A DNA stretch of 64,000 bases from Candidatus Latescibacterota bacterium (GTDB lineage: Bacteria > Latescibacterota > UBA2968): NCBI GenBank assembly GCA_965204745.1, contig OZ242010.1, positions 5,283,461 to 5,347,460 on the forward strand, given 5' to 3'. Numbering within the stretch: position 1 is the stretch's first letter; every line of letters starts with the position of its first letter. A model generated the notes under the pieces. The model ran no database searches. It saw nothing but the letters and a program-made list of their open reading frames with translations, and was not told the origin of the DNA. This document shows, one piece after another, positions 9,120 to 17,983 of this stretch. The position numbers and the translations under genes were made by a program.

Positions 9120-9986
9120 ATGACGTATCGACATCCACTCTTTGCCCTGCTCTTCCTCGTTGTGTGTTTTGCCGGCTATGGCGCAAGCGATGCCGGCCAT
9201 CACAAAATGCACGAAAAAAAAACCGTCACCATCCCCGACGCCAATCTGCGCGCGGTGATCGCGGATTCTTTGAAAAAGGCGAGTGATGAGGCGATCACCA
9301 CGGCTGATATGGCCATGGTGACGCGCCTCGTCGCGCCGAATGCAGGCATTGGCGATTTGACCGGATTAGAGCACGCCACCAATCTGGCACATTTGGACCT
9401 CGGCGACGCGCGCGTGGAGGAAAAGCGCGCCAATAGCAACGACATATCCGACCTGTCGCCCCTGTCTGGCCTCACCAAGTTGAGGGTGCTGGACCTCGAC
9501 CGCGCCACCTCGGTTATGGACCTCGCGCCGCTGGCCGGGCTGATGAACCTGCGAACCCTGCGCCTCAGCAACAACGAGGTAGCCGATCTGTCGCCCTTGT
9601 CTGGCGCGACCAAGTTGAGAATCCTGACGCTTGCCGGAAACAAAAAAATCATGGACATCGAGCCGCTAGCAGGCGCGACCATGTTGCGGAACCTCAATCT
9701 GAACAACACCGGCATCTCGGACCTCGCATCCCTGTCCGGGATGGCGGAACTGGTATCGCTGAATCTCAACAGCACCAAAATTATGGACCTCGCGCCCCTC
9801 TCGGGCTTGGCGAAGCTGAAAACCTTGAATATCAACAACAACAAGGTCGGCGACATCTCGCCCGTGGCGGGCTTGAGCGCACTGAGCACCCTGAACCTCA
9901 GAAACAACCCATTGGACGAAGCGGCGATCAACACGCATGTTCCGGCCCTGAAGAAACGCGGGGTCAAAGTGGGCATCGAAGAATAA
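9120..9986 (+). CDS. Secreted leucine-rich-repeat (LRR) protein, internalin-like 22-residue repeats
   Basis: Signal peptide MTYRHPLFALLFLVVCFAGYGA. At least 9 tandem repeats of the form 'L..L..L.L..N.I.DL.PLSGL'. Confidence 0.7.
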   Translation: MTYRHPLFALLFLVVCFAGYGASDAGHHKMHEKKTVTIPDANLRAVIADSLKKASDEAITTADMAMVTRLVAPNAGIGDLTGLEHATNLAHLDLGDARVEEKRANSNDISDLSPLSGLTKLRVLDLDRATSVMDLAPLAGLMNLRTLRLSNNEVADLSPLSGATKLRILTLAGNKKIMDIEPLAGATMLRNLNLNNTGISDLASLSGMAELVSLNLNSTKIMDLAPLSGLAKLKTLNINNNKVGDISPVAGLSALSTLNLRNNPLDEAAINTHVPALKKRGVKVGIEE

Positions 9987-10082
9987 ATGTCCGCAACATC
10001 TCAACCATGACCAGCGGGGTTCGTGTCTGTCGCACGAACCCCGTTGCGGTTGAGAGGCGAAATCGAACGCCATCACGGAGGG

Positions 10083-10117
10083 AAGTTGTCAGTTGTCAGT
10101 TGTCAGTTGTCAATGCG
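10083..10117. repeat. Family A heptamer tandem repeat (GTTGTCA)n
   Basis: gttgtcagttgtcagttgtcagttgtca. Also at 5633-5655 and 6781-6810, each followed by gtcc. Confidence 0.8.
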
Positions 10118-10361
10118 AATTAAGAGTAGAAAGCGAGTAAGAAGCAAGCCGCAACCCATCATCCAAAGACATGAACGAGTCATCCATTATAGAATCGCCC
10201 TTGAATTTGTCTTAAAACGAACGATGGATGCCCCTCCTCCTGCTCTTCCCCGCAACGGAGAGATGTTATTCCCCCCTTGTATCTTCCTCGTAGGCACAGG
10301 CGTAGCCTACAACGAAGCGTAGCGAGTAACGGGGCCAGGGGGGTAGGTCGTAAAAAGTAAA

Positions 10362-10404
10362 GCCCGAGTTCACTGTGAACCCGGGCTTTTGTTTGTTTGC
10401 ATCT
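10362..10404 (-). terminator. Stem-loop terminator downstream of giant-protein/dockerin operon (bidirectional-looking)
   Basis: agcccgagttcac-tg-tgaacccgggct 13-bp stem. T/A-rich runs on both sides (ttttgtttgtttg on plus, tttacttttta on minus). Confidence 0.4.
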
Positions 10405-10418
10405 TTCGTCGTTCAGCC

Positions 10419-10613
10419 TTAGGTACCAAAGCTATCGGCGGAGATGAAGCAATCGTCGAATCCAATCTCGCCATCGCCATCGCCATCGCACCGGGGGTCA
10501 TATCGCTCCTGGCCGAGTCGCGAGCCGAACTTGCTGGCAAAGGTCAAGAAGTCGGCGAAATTCACATCGCCATCGCCATCTTCATCTGTGGCGGTCAGGG
10601 AACAGGCTTTCAT
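10419..10613 (-). CDS. Small dockerin-domain ORF (64 aa), 4-nt ATGA overlap with stop of giant gene; possibly the displaced C-terminal dockerin of the giant protein
   Basis: Two canonical dockerin Ca-binding segments: TDEDGDGDVNFADFLTFASKFG and DGDGDGEIGFDDCFISADSFG. No signal peptide. ATG at 10613-10611 overlaps the TGA at 10612-10610. Confidence 0.45.
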   Translation of the reverse strand: MKACSLTATDEDGDGDVNFADFLTFASKFGSRLGQERYDPRCDGDGDGEIGFDDCFISADSFGT

Positions 10614-13600
10614 TGGAAGTGGGAGTCGGGATAGAGGCTTCGGATGTAGGGTTCAATGGCTTGAGCGGTCGTGCGCGTAGCATTTTGCTCAATGACGTTC
10701 CCTCTGAGGAGGGCCTCGTTCCGGAAGAAGAGGACGTATCGAATGATCAGGATTATATCCGAGAACAGCCTCACATCGCCATCGCCATCCACATCGAGAA
10801 TGTTCTGATTGACCAACGTGTCGAGGTAGGGTTCAATTTCTTGAGCGGTCGTGCGCGTGGCAGTTGGCTCGATGACGTTCCCTCTGAGGAGGGCCTCTTC
10901 CCGGAAGAAGAGGACATATCGAATGACCAGGATTATATCCGAGAACAATCTCACCCGGCCATCGCCATCCACATCCAAGTTGGCACTCGAGGTTTCGTCA
11001 TCGATAATCGTCCCTGTGCCTTGCGCCGTGCTTATGGTCGCATTGGTCGCACTGCTCAGCGTCACGATCACGGTCTCGTTCTGCTCATCATCCGAGTCGT
11101 CGGTCACAGAAACAGGGATGGTCTGGATGGTATCGCCTACCGTGAAGGTCAGGGTCCCCGCGGTAAGCGCGGTGTAATCCGTCCCCGAAGTCGCGGTGCC
11201 CGTGCCCGCGTCTGCATACCCCACTGTCACTTGTGCCGTGTGCGCCGGGCGTAGGTACACCCGAAAGGTTAGGGTCGCGCCGGTCGCGCCTTCAATCACG
11301 CTTGGCGAACCGATACTCAGCGCAGGCATGCCATCGTCATCGATAATCGTCCCTGTGCCTTGCGCCGTGCTTATGGTCGCATTGGTCGCACTGCTCAGCG
11401 TCACGATCACGGTCTCGTTCGGCTCATCATCCCCGTCGTCGCTCACAGAAACAGCGATAGTCTGGCTGGTCGTGCCCGCCGCGAAGGTCAGGGTTCCTGC
11501 GGTAAGTGTGGAGTAATCCGTCCCCGAAGTCGCGGTGCCCGTGCCCGCGTCTGCATACGCCACCGTCACCTCCTTGCCGCTCACCGCATTCAATCTAACG
11601 GTGAACGTCAGGGCAGTGCCCTCAACCGCACTCGGCGAACTGATCGAGAGCCTCGGTTGCGGGTCATCATCGGTGATCGTTATTGCAGTCGGGAGGACCA
11701 CACTGCCCTGGGCGTTGGCTGATACAACGGACACGGTCACGTCGCGATTAAGTTCGTCTCGGGTGTTGTCCACCGCTGTGATGACCACCGTATCCGACGC
11801 GTTCGCGGTTTGCCCTGCCGCGATGGTGATCGTCGAATCCATCCCCACCGTGTAAGCACCGGTCACAGGGCGCACCGTGATCGTCGTCGCCGTGCTCCAC
11901 GACCGTGTCAGCGTCGCGGTCACGGTACTCATCCCGCCGCTTTCCGAGATCGACGAGGGCGTCAGGGTCAACGTCACTACCGCGGGTTGGAGTTGAAATT
12001 GCACGGTGGTGTCCATGCCGGCATACTTCAAGACCGGATACTGATCCGCCGCGCCAAAGGTCCACGGATCGTCTTTGCCCACTGCGTCGCCCGTGTTGGT
12101 ATCGCTGTCCACATTTAGGTTCCAGTTGTAGTAGGTGTCGCTGTTGGTGGCACCGTAAGTGCTCGGGCTCTGGAGATCGCGGGTGGTCTTGCCCCCGGCA
12201 ATGCCGCTCCGGTCACTGTCCCAGTAGCTATTGGTCACTGTGCCAGATGTGCTACCCACCAACCCGCCTTTCGTGCCGTCACCAGTGACCTGACCTGTCG
12301 CATAACTGGCCGTCACTTCACCGCTACTCTCGAGGCGCCCCACCAACCCGCCTTTCGTGCCGCTCCCAGTAACCGTGACCGCGCCCGTCGCATAGGACGC
12401 GATAATCGTCCCGCCGTTCTGCCACCCCACCAGACCACCGACCCAGAAATTGGCCCCACTCCCTAAGGCCGTCACAGCCGCAACGGAATAGCTAGCACTG
12501 ATGCGGCGGTTGGCACCGGTATGAGAATGCCCCACCAGACCGCCCAAGCCGTAACTGCCAGACCCCCGAACGCGACCGGTGACATAACAACCCGTGATGG
12601 CACCCCCGCGCTGATTGCCGGTGAGTCCTCCCACGGCGAGGTTGCCTCTGACATCCACATTGCGGAGCCCAAGACCGGAAACAGTGCCCGTGATATCCCG
12701 GAACAGCCCAACATCATTCTGACCGCCACGGTTGATATACAGGTTGGAGATCGTCTTGTTATTGCCCTTGAGCGTACCGGTGTAAGTCCCGAGGGGTTGC
12801 CAACCCGCGCTGCCATTCCAGTAGGTGGCGTCTGCTGAGGTGATTTCGTCGTCGCCATTCTCGTCAAAGTTGAGGTTGTTGAGCAGTTCGTAGCCGGTGC
12901 AGGTCCCAGAAGGGCAACCCATCCGGACATTGCTGGTGGTGTCGCGGTTGGGAAAGGCGGCGTTGTAGTTCATGGTATCACTATCGGCGACGATCCCATC
13001 GCCGTTGAGATCCCAGCGGATGGCATGCAGTTGTGCCAGCGTCTTAATGTCGATGAGGCCATCGCCATCCCTGTCGTAATTGATCCCCGGGGGCGTGCCC
13101 ATGACCTCGTCCGAGGGCGTGCTATCGGTCCCACCTGCCAGGGTGGCAAGGACGCGCACTGTGTAGGGCGTCCCTATCGTCAGGTTCTCTATCGTGTAGG
13201 TCGTGGTGCTGCCTCCAGAGACCGTCTCCTGGCGAGAAGAGGTGTTGTAGCTTTGTCCACCGGACTTCCACTGCACCTTGTAGCCCGTCGCGCCGGTTGC
13301 CTCGGTCCAAGCCACAATGAGTTGGCCCGGCCCAGGCGTCACGCGCACATTGGTGGGTTTATTTGTCGCCAAGGTCACCATGACTGCGTCCGAAGGAGCG
13401 CTGTCGGCTACATTGATATTGGTACTCGTGGCGATGACGCGAATCGTGTAAGTCGTCCCTGCGGTCAGCCCAGAAATTTTGTGGATCGTGGTGCTCCCGC
13501 CAGCGATTGTGGCTTGCCCGTGCGTGGCCAACGCCAGATCGGCGGTGGGATAAGTCGCTACCCCGGATTTCCACTGCACCTTATACCCAGTTGCATCGTT

Positions 13601-16600
13601 CACCGCATTCCAAGTCACGGTCAGCGTGTCCACCTTCGCCGCCACCATCACAGCCGGACTGCCCAGCAAGGCGGGAACGCCGGTCTGCTCTGCCGAGGGC
13701 ATGCCATCGGGCGCACCGGTCTTGGTGGCAATGACACGCACTGTGTAGGTCGTCTCGGCGAGCAAGTTGGGGATCTTGTAGCGCGTCCCTGTGACGATCC
13801 CCTGACGTGAGGCGGCGTAGCTCTGCGCGCCGGCTTTCCACTGCACCTTGTACCCCGTCGCATAACTCGCCGCAGTCCAACGCACGTCCAAGGTGTCCGC
13901 TTTTGGCGTTACTGTCACACTTGTCGGAATGCCCGGCGGTTGCAAGTTATACTGCACGGTGGTGTCCATGCCGGCATATTTCAAGACCGGATACTGATTC
14001 GCCGCGCCAAAGGTCCACGGATCGTCGTTGCCGGGTTGTCCGTCGAGGTTGGCGTTCCAGCCGTAGTAGGTGTCGTTGCTGGTGGCACCGTAGGTGGTGG
14101 GGCTTATGAGCGCGCTGGTCGTCAGTCCGGTAACGCCGCTACCGCCGGCGCTGGTTGTGCAACCGTTGCTGCCGCCGGATGTACAGCCGCTGGTTTGGGT
14201 GTCCCAGTAGCTTGCGGTGCCGCCCGTGCCGGAGCCTATCAACCCGCCGATGGTTGTTAGCGTTCCGCTGGAGCGAGTAACCACGCCGGTGGAGTAGGAG
14301 TTCGTTACGGTGCCGCCTTGGCTTGCTCCCAGCAGTCCGCCGACGTGCTCAGGGCCGCTGACGGATGCGGTGGAGTAGCTTGAGGTAATCGCGTTGGGCG
14401 TCCATCCGACCAGTCCGCCGGCGGTCCTAGTCGTCGCCGAAATGTTGCCGGTGGAGTAGCAGGCGACGACTGTGCCGCGCAGGGCGCCGACCAGAGCGCC
14501 GGCATATTCGCCTCCCGCAACACTGGCGTTGGTTATGCCGACGGACTCGATGCGGGAGGCGGTGTCGACGTTGCCGAATAATCCCACTTCAACGACGGAG
14601 GGTCGGTTGATGGTCAGGTTGTCGATAGTGTAGCCGTTGCCCTTGAAATCGCCGGTGTATCTGGCGGCGTCTGTGCCAATGGGTAGCCAGCCGTCGCCGT
14701 TGTTCCAGTAGGTGGCGTCTGCTTGGGTGATTTCGCCATCGCCATTCTCGTCAAAGTCGAGGTTGTTGAGCAGTTCGTAGCCGGTGCAGGTCCCGGAAGG
14801 GCAACCCATCCGGCCGCTACTGGTGGTGACGCGGTTGGGAAAGGCGGCGTTGTAGGTCATGGTATCATTATCGGCGACGACCCCATCGCCGTTGAGATCC
14901 CAGCGGATGGCATGCAGTTGCGCCAGCGTCTTAATGTCGATGAGGCCATCGCCATCGCTGTCGTAATTGATCGCTTGGGGCGTGCCCATGACCTCGTCCG
15001 AGGGCGTGCTATCGGTCCCACCTGCCAGGGTAGCAGTGACGCGCACCGTGTAGGTCGTGCCAAAGGTCAGGTTCTCTATCGTGTGGGTCGTAGTGCTCAT
15101 CCCAGAGACCGTCGTCTGGCGATCAGATGTGTTGTAGCTTTGTACACCGGACTTCCACTGTATCTTGTATCCCGTCGCGCCGGTTGCCTCGGTCCAAGCC
15201 ACAATGAGTTGGCCCGGCCCCGGCGTCACGCGCACATTGGTGGGCTTGGTGGTCGCCGAGGTCACCATGACTTCCTCCGAAGGGGCACTGTTGCCGGCCG
15301 TTGTGGTGTGCGTGGCGATGACGCGAATCGCGTAGGTCGTCCCTGGGGTCAGCCCAGAAATTTTGTGGATCGTGGTGCGCCCGCCAGCGATAGTGGCTTG
15401 CCCATGCGTGGCGGACTCCTCATCGGCGGCGGGATAAGTCTCTGACCCGGATTTCCACTGCACCTTATACCCGGTTGCGAGGGGCACCGCATTCCAGGTC
15501 ACGGTCAACGTGTCCACCTTCGCACTCACCTCCACACCCGTTGGGCTACCCAGCGTGAGAAGGGTGATCACTTCCTCCGAGGGGGCACTGTCGGCTACAT
15601 TGGTACGCGTGGCGATGACGCGAATCGCGTAGGTCGTCCCTGGGGTCAGCCCAGAAATTTTGTGGATCGTGGTGCGCCCGCCAGAGATTGTGGCTTGCCC
15701 GTGCGTGGCGGACTCCTCATCGGCGGCGGAATAAGTCTCTGACCCGGATTTCCACTGCACTTTGTAGCCGGTTGCTCCGTTCGCCGCATTCCAAGTCACG
15801 GTCAGCGTGTCCACCTTCGCATTCACCTCCACACCCGTCGGGCTACCCAGCAGGGGAACGCCGGTCTGCTCTGCCGAGGGCCGGCCATCGCGGACACCGG
15901 TCTTGGTGGCAATGACACGCACTGTGTAAGTCGTCCCGCCGATCAAGTTGGCGATCTTGTAGCGCGTATCCGTGGTGATGGCCTCACGCGAGACGGCGTA
16001 GTTCTGCGCGCCGGCTTTCCACTGCACCTTGTATCCCGTCGCATTACTCGGCGCAGTCCAACGCACGTCCAAGGTGTCCCTTTGCACCGTCACGGTTACA
16101 CTTGTCGGAATGCCCGGCGGTTGCATTGCAAATTGTGCGGTGGTGTCCATGCCGGCATATTTCAACACCGGATACTGATCCGCCGCGCCAAAGGTCCACG
16201 GGTTGTCACTGCCAGGCCTGCCATCGACATCCACATTCCAGTTGGCGTAGATGCCGTTGTAATCCGTTTCTGACCGCAACGCGCTGGTGGTCTGGCTCGT
16301 GCCGCGAGCACTGGATGAGCGACCACTACTTTCCCTATCCCAGTAACTATGGGACACTCCGGATTGTGCAAACCCGATCAATCCGCCTAGTTGGCTGGAG
16401 TCATGTCTGCGCCCAGTGACTGTCCCCGTGGCATAGCTGGTACTAACCGAACTAGGAGAAATGTCCAACCTCCCCACCAAACCGCCGACCCTGAAATTTC
16501 CAGTCACCGGCCCGATAGCGTAGGACGCTATCACCGTAGCCTTTAGTCTGCCCACCAAACCGCCGGCCCCGTCATGAATCCGCCCTCCGGAGACCTCAGC

Positions 16601-17983
16601 ATTGGCATAGCTGGCCGCGATGACGGTATTATTACCGTTTGATTCACCCGCTAAACCGCCCACATCGTGACCAGTACCCTCAACGCGACCCGTGACATAA
16701 CAGCCCAGGATGCGACCACCCACCTGATTACCGACCAACCCACCCACTTGATTTCTGCCTCTTACATTGACACTTTTCAGCCCCAGACCGGAAATGTTGC
16801 CGCTGACACGGCCGAACAGCCCAACATCATCCTGACCACGGTTGATGTGCAGGTTGGAGATGGTCTTGTTATTGCCCTTGAACGTGGTTGAGTAGGTGCC
16901 TCCGATGGGCGACCAGTTGGGGTAGGTGTCGGCAGAGGTGACGCTCCCGCTCCCGTCGGTGTCGAAATTTAGGTTGTTGAGCAGTTCGTAGCCGGTGCAT
17001 GTCCCGGAAGGACAACCCATCCGGACGTTGCTGGTGGTGTCGCGGTTGGGAAAGGCGGCGTTGTAGTTCGTGATATCACTATCGGCGACGATCCCATCGC
17101 CGTTGAGATCCCAGCGGATGGCATGCAGTTGCGCCAGCGTCTCAATGTCGATGAGGCTATCGCCATCGCTGTCGTAATTGAACCCTTGGGGCGTGCCCAT
17201 GACCTCGTCCGAGGGCGTGCTATCCATCCCACCTGCCAGGGTAGCAAGGACGCGCACGGTGTAGGTCGTGCCAAAAGTCAGGTTCTCTATCGTATAGGTC
17301 GTGGTGCTCCCTCCAGAGACCGTCTCCTGGCGAGAAGAGGTGTTGTAGGTCTGTTGTCCGGACTTCCACTGCACCTTGTATCCCGTCGCACCGGTTGCCT
17401 CGGTCCAAGCCACAATGAGTTGGACCGGCCCCGGCGTCACGCGCACATTGGTGGGTTTGGTTGTCGCCGAGGTCACCATGACTTCCTCCGAGGGGGCACT
17501 GTCGGCTAAATTGATATTGGTACTCGTGGCGATGACGCGAATCGTGTAGGTCGTCCCTGCGGTCGGCCCAGAAATTTTGTAGGTCGTGGTGCGCCCGTCA
17601 GAGATTGTGGCTTGCCCGTGCGTGGCGGCCTGAGAATCGGAGGTGGGATAAGTCGTTGCCCCGGATTTCCACTGCACCTTATACCCGGTGGCATCGTCCA
17701 CCACATTCCAAGTCACGGTCAGCGTGTCCACCTTCGCCGCCACCATCACAGCCGGACTGCCCAGCAAGGCGAGAACGCCGGTCTGCTCTGCCGAGGGTGT
17801 GCTATCGGGCGCACCGGTCTTGGTGGCAATGACACGCACTGTGTAGGTCGTCTCGCCGAGCAAGTTGGGGATCTTGTAGCGCGTCCCCGTGACGATCCCC
17901 TGACGCGAGGCGGCGTAGCTCTGATCGCCGGATTTCCACTGCACCTTGTACCCCGTCGCATAACTCGACGCACGCCAACGCAC
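10610..17983 (-). CDS. Giant cell-surface protein, C-terminal portion: 3x[Ca-loop+GLUG+3 FN3] modules, 3 Calx-beta domains, 2 dockerin-like repeats
   Basis: Repeated YDSDGDGLIDIKTLAQLHAIRWDLNGDG (DxDxDG loops). GLUG motifs (VGGLVG/AGGLVG/IGGLIG recurring roughly every 20 aa). FN3 repeats (PPGIPTSVTVT...GYKVQWKSG...TTYTVRVIATKTG). Calx-beta (LSISSPSAVEG...TDYSTLTAGTLTFAAGTTSQTIAVSVSDDGDDEPNETV). C-terminal DVDGDGRVRLFSDIILVIRYVLFF x2. Confidence 0.75.
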   Translation of the reverse strand: MRWRASSYATGYKVQWKSGDQSYAASRQGIVTGTRYKIPNLLGETTYTVRVIATKTGAPDSTPSAEQTGVLALLGSPAVMVAAKVDTLTVTWNVVDDATGYKVQWKSGATTYPTSDSQAATHGQATISDGRTTTYKISGPTAGTTYTIRVIATSTNINLADSAPSEEVMVTSATTKPTNVRVTPGPVQLIVAWTEATGATGYKVQWKSGQQTYNTSSRQETVSGGSTTTYTIENLTFGTTYTVRVLATLAGGMDSTPSDEVMGTPQGFNYDSDGDSLIDIETLAQLHAIRWDLNGDGIVADSDITNYNAAFPNRDTTSNVRMGCPSGTCTGYELLNNLNFDTDGSGSVTSADTYPNWSPIGGTYSTTFKGNNKTISNLHINRGQDDVGLFGRVSGNISGLGLKSVNVRGRNQVGGLVGNQVGGRILGCYVTGRVEGTGHDVGGLAGESNGNNTVIAASYANAEVSGGRIHDGAGGLVGRLKATVIASYAIGPVTGNFRVGGLVGRLDISPSSVSTSYATGTVTGRRHDSSQLGGLIGFAQSGVSHSYWDRESSGRSSSARGTSQTTSALRSETDYNGIYANWNVDVDGRPGSDNPWTFGAADQYPVLKYAGMDTTAQFAMQPPGIPTSVTVTVQRDTLDVRWTAPSNATGYKVQWKAGAQNYAVSREAITTDTRYKIANLIGGTTYTVRVIATKTGVRDGRPSAEQTGVPLLGSPTGVEVNAKVDTLTVTWNAANGATGYKVQWKSGSETYSAADEESATHGQATISGGRTTIHKISGLTPGTTYAIRVIATRTNVADSAPSEEVITLLTLGSPTGVEVSAKVDTLTVTWNAVPLATGYKVQWKSGSETYPAADEESATHGQATIAGGRTTIHKISGLTPGTTYAIRVIATHTTTAGNSAPSEEVMVTSATTKPTNVRVTPGPGQLIVAWTEATGATGYKIQWKSGVQSYNTSDRQTTVSGMSTTTHTIENLTFGTTYTVRVTATLAGGTDSTPSDEVMGTPQAINYDSDGDGLIDIKTLAQLHAIRWDLNGDGVVADNDTMTYNAAFPNRVTTSSGRMGCPSGTCTGYELLNNLDFDENGDGEITQADATYWNNGDGWLPIGTDAARYTGDFKGNGYTIDNLTINRPSVVEVGLFGNVDTASRIESVGITNASVAGGEYAGALVGALRGTVVACYSTGNISATTRTAGGLVGWTPNAITSSYSTASVSGPEHVGGLLGASQGGTVTNSYSTGVVTRSSGTLTTIGGLIGSGTGGTASYWDTQTSGCTSGGSNGCTTSAGGSGVTGLTTSALISPTTYGATSNDTYYGWNANLDGQPGNDDPWTFGAANQYPVLKYAGMDTTVQYNLQPPGIPTSVTVTPKADTLDVRWTAASYATGYKVQWKAGAQSYAASRQGIVTGTRYKIPNLLAETTYTVRVIATKTGAPDGMPSAEQTGVPALLGSPAVMVAAKVDTLTVTWNAVNDATGYKVQWKSGVATYPTADLALATHGQATIAGGSTTIHKISGLTAGTTYTIRVIATSTNINVADSAPSDAVMVTLATNKPTNVRVTPGPGQLIVAWTEATGATGYKVQWKSGGQSYNTSSRQETVSGGSTTTYTIENLTIGTPYTVRVLATLAGGTDSTPSDEVMGTPPGINYDRDGDGLIDIKTLAQLHAIRWDLNGDGIVADSDTMNYNAAFPNRDTTSNVRMGCPSGTCTGYELLNNLNFDENGDDEITSADATYWNGSAGWQPLGTYTGTLKGNNKTISNLYINRGGQNDVGLFRDITGTVSGLGLRNVDVRGNLAVGGLTGNQRGGAITGCYVTGRVRGSGSYGLGGLVGHSHTGANRRISASYSVAAVTALGSGANFWVGGLVGWQNGGTIIASYATGAVTVTGSGTKGGLVGRLESSGEVTASYATGQVTGDGTKGGLVGSTSGTVTNSYWDSDRSGIAGGKTTRDLQSPSTYGATNSDTYYNWNLNVDSDTNTGDAVGKDDPWTFGAADQYPVLKYAGMDTTVQFQLQPAVVTLTLTPSSISESGGMSTVTATLTRSWSTATTITVRPVTGAYTVGMDSTITIAAGQTANASDTVVITAVDNTRDELNRDVTVSVVSANAQGSVVLPTAITITDDDPQPRLSISSPSAVEGTALTFTVRLNAVSGKEVTVAYADAGTGTATSGTDYSTLTAGTLTFAAGTTSQTIAVSVSDDGDDEPNETVIVTLSSATNATISTAQGTGTIIDDDGMPALSIGSPSVIEGATGATLTFRVYLRPAHTAQVTVGYADAGTGTATSGTDYTALTAGTLTFTVGDTIQTIPVSVTDDSDDEQNETVIVTLSSATNATISTAQGTGTIIDDETSSANLDVDGDGRVRLFSDIILVIRYVLFFREEALLRGNVIEPTATRTTAQEIEPYLDTLVNQNILDVDGDGDVRLFSDIILIIRYVLFFRNEALLRGNVIEQNATRTTAQAIEPYIRSLYPDSHFQ

